The notes beneath the pieces were generated by a model. The model ran no database searches and was not told the origin of the DNA. It saw only the letters and a list, made by a program, of their open reading frames with translations. Source: Paraspadella gotoi (Eukaryota; Animalia; Chaetognatha). Taken from it: a DNA stretch of 64,000 nt. A program made the translations under genes and the position numbers. Of this stretch, positions 63,326 to 64,000 are shown in pieces (the stretch's first letter is position 1; every line of letters starts with the position of its first letter). The stretch lies in assembly GCA_051294375.1 (NCBI GenBank), contig CM119271.1, forward strand, positions 3,317,061-3,381,060, given 5' to 3'.

Positions 63326-64000
63326 TCACGAAGCGATGTACTCTTGAATGGCGCTGGGCAATGGTAAGGCTGAGACATTGGCAAGGTTCTTATCTCCCAC
63401 GTGACTCCGTATGGTTCGCCGACAAAGAGCGGCAAGCGAAACCGGTTCCGGAGCTAGCCCACCAAGATACTTGTAAGAAACCTCGGCGTGACCCCAGACA
63501 ACGTTGACAATGGGGTAAAGGGTTTTCCCCTTGAGTCCATGAAACGCGACGCCCATGTACTCGTCGTCAACGACGAAGGCCAGGGTTCCGGCGTCCATGT
63601 CGAGGATCATGACGAAGCTGTCGGGGATCGTCATCTCTTCGTTGGCCTTGACGTCGTGTAAGGGATAAGGGTCAGAGTTGTTGTTATTAGAATCAGCGTG
63701 GTAAAGCCGCTTGCGTCCAATGTCCCAGCCCCAGCTGTCCGAGGTGGATCCGACCACGGATGAATAACCGTAAGCGTGCACGGGGGCGGTGATCTCGGCC
63801 ACGCCCACGACGGCGTGGGTGCCGCGCTGGCGCATGCTCCAAGTGATGCGCCACGCGTGGACGCCGTTCGAGTATCCGACCCGGCCGCGAACGCAGTCCG
63901 TGCTTTGGGCGACGGGGTGGCGGTGGATCGTGGTCGGGTCCTCGTCCTTGACGAAGATGTTGAGAGATCGATCGACGGGATTCCAAGCGTGAAATTCTTG
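63326..64000 (-). CDS. SPSB1: SPRY domain-containing SOCS box protein (SPSB1/4, gustavus-like), 3' part
   Basis: [66 protein letters not shown] plus SOCS box [11 protein letters not shown]...LPLP; open to the window end. Confidence 0.93.
   Translation of the reverse strand, partial: QEFHAWNPVDRSLNIFVKDEDPTTIHRHPVAQSTDCVRGRVGYSNGVHAWRITWSMRQRGTHAVVGVAEITAPVHAYGYSSVVGSTSDSWGWDIGRKRLYHADSNNNNSDPYPLHDVKANEEMTIPDSFVMILDMDAGTLAFVVDDEYMGVAFHGLKGKTLYPIVNVVWGHAEVSYKYLGGLAPEPVSLAALCRRTIRSHVGDKNLANVSALPLPSAIQEYIAS

Overview
This is gene-dense animal (invertebrate-type) nuclear DNA with GC-rich exons and short AT-rich spliceosomal introns. All 17 distinct protein-coding genes I could reconstruct lie on the minus strand. 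In transcription order they are SPSB, TMEM164 (last two exons), a novel MADS-like + tandem-HTH protein, TSNAX, ELMO, GLMN, two ATP5MK/DAPIT paralogs, an ACT-domain threonine/serine dehydratase, SMAP ArfGAP, TRMT61A, MRPL54, UQCC2, ATP6V1D, MMADHC and a PKHD1L1-like gene, plus one nested gene. Many stop-to-ATG spacers are only 79-290 bp and carry unpaired 3' splice acceptors, which suggests a trans-spliced operon. The most striking hidden feature is a 4-exon gene nested on the same strand inside the ~6-kb dehydratase intron. It encodes a 193-aa, probably secreted, helical cytokine-like protein, with a tight cluster of kB-like, STAT (TTCN3GAA) and GATA sites just upstream. Mobile DNA includes a Penelope-like element with inverted hammerhead-bearing repeats, tRNA-containing TRIMs (Helenus-type: one full element and two solo LTRs, 4-bp TSDs) and several MITEs. 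A ~7.3-kb tandem duplication across N-gaps (29060-43409) is most likely an assembly/haplotype artefact. Gene identities come from manual splicing and recalled family motifs; no database search was run.
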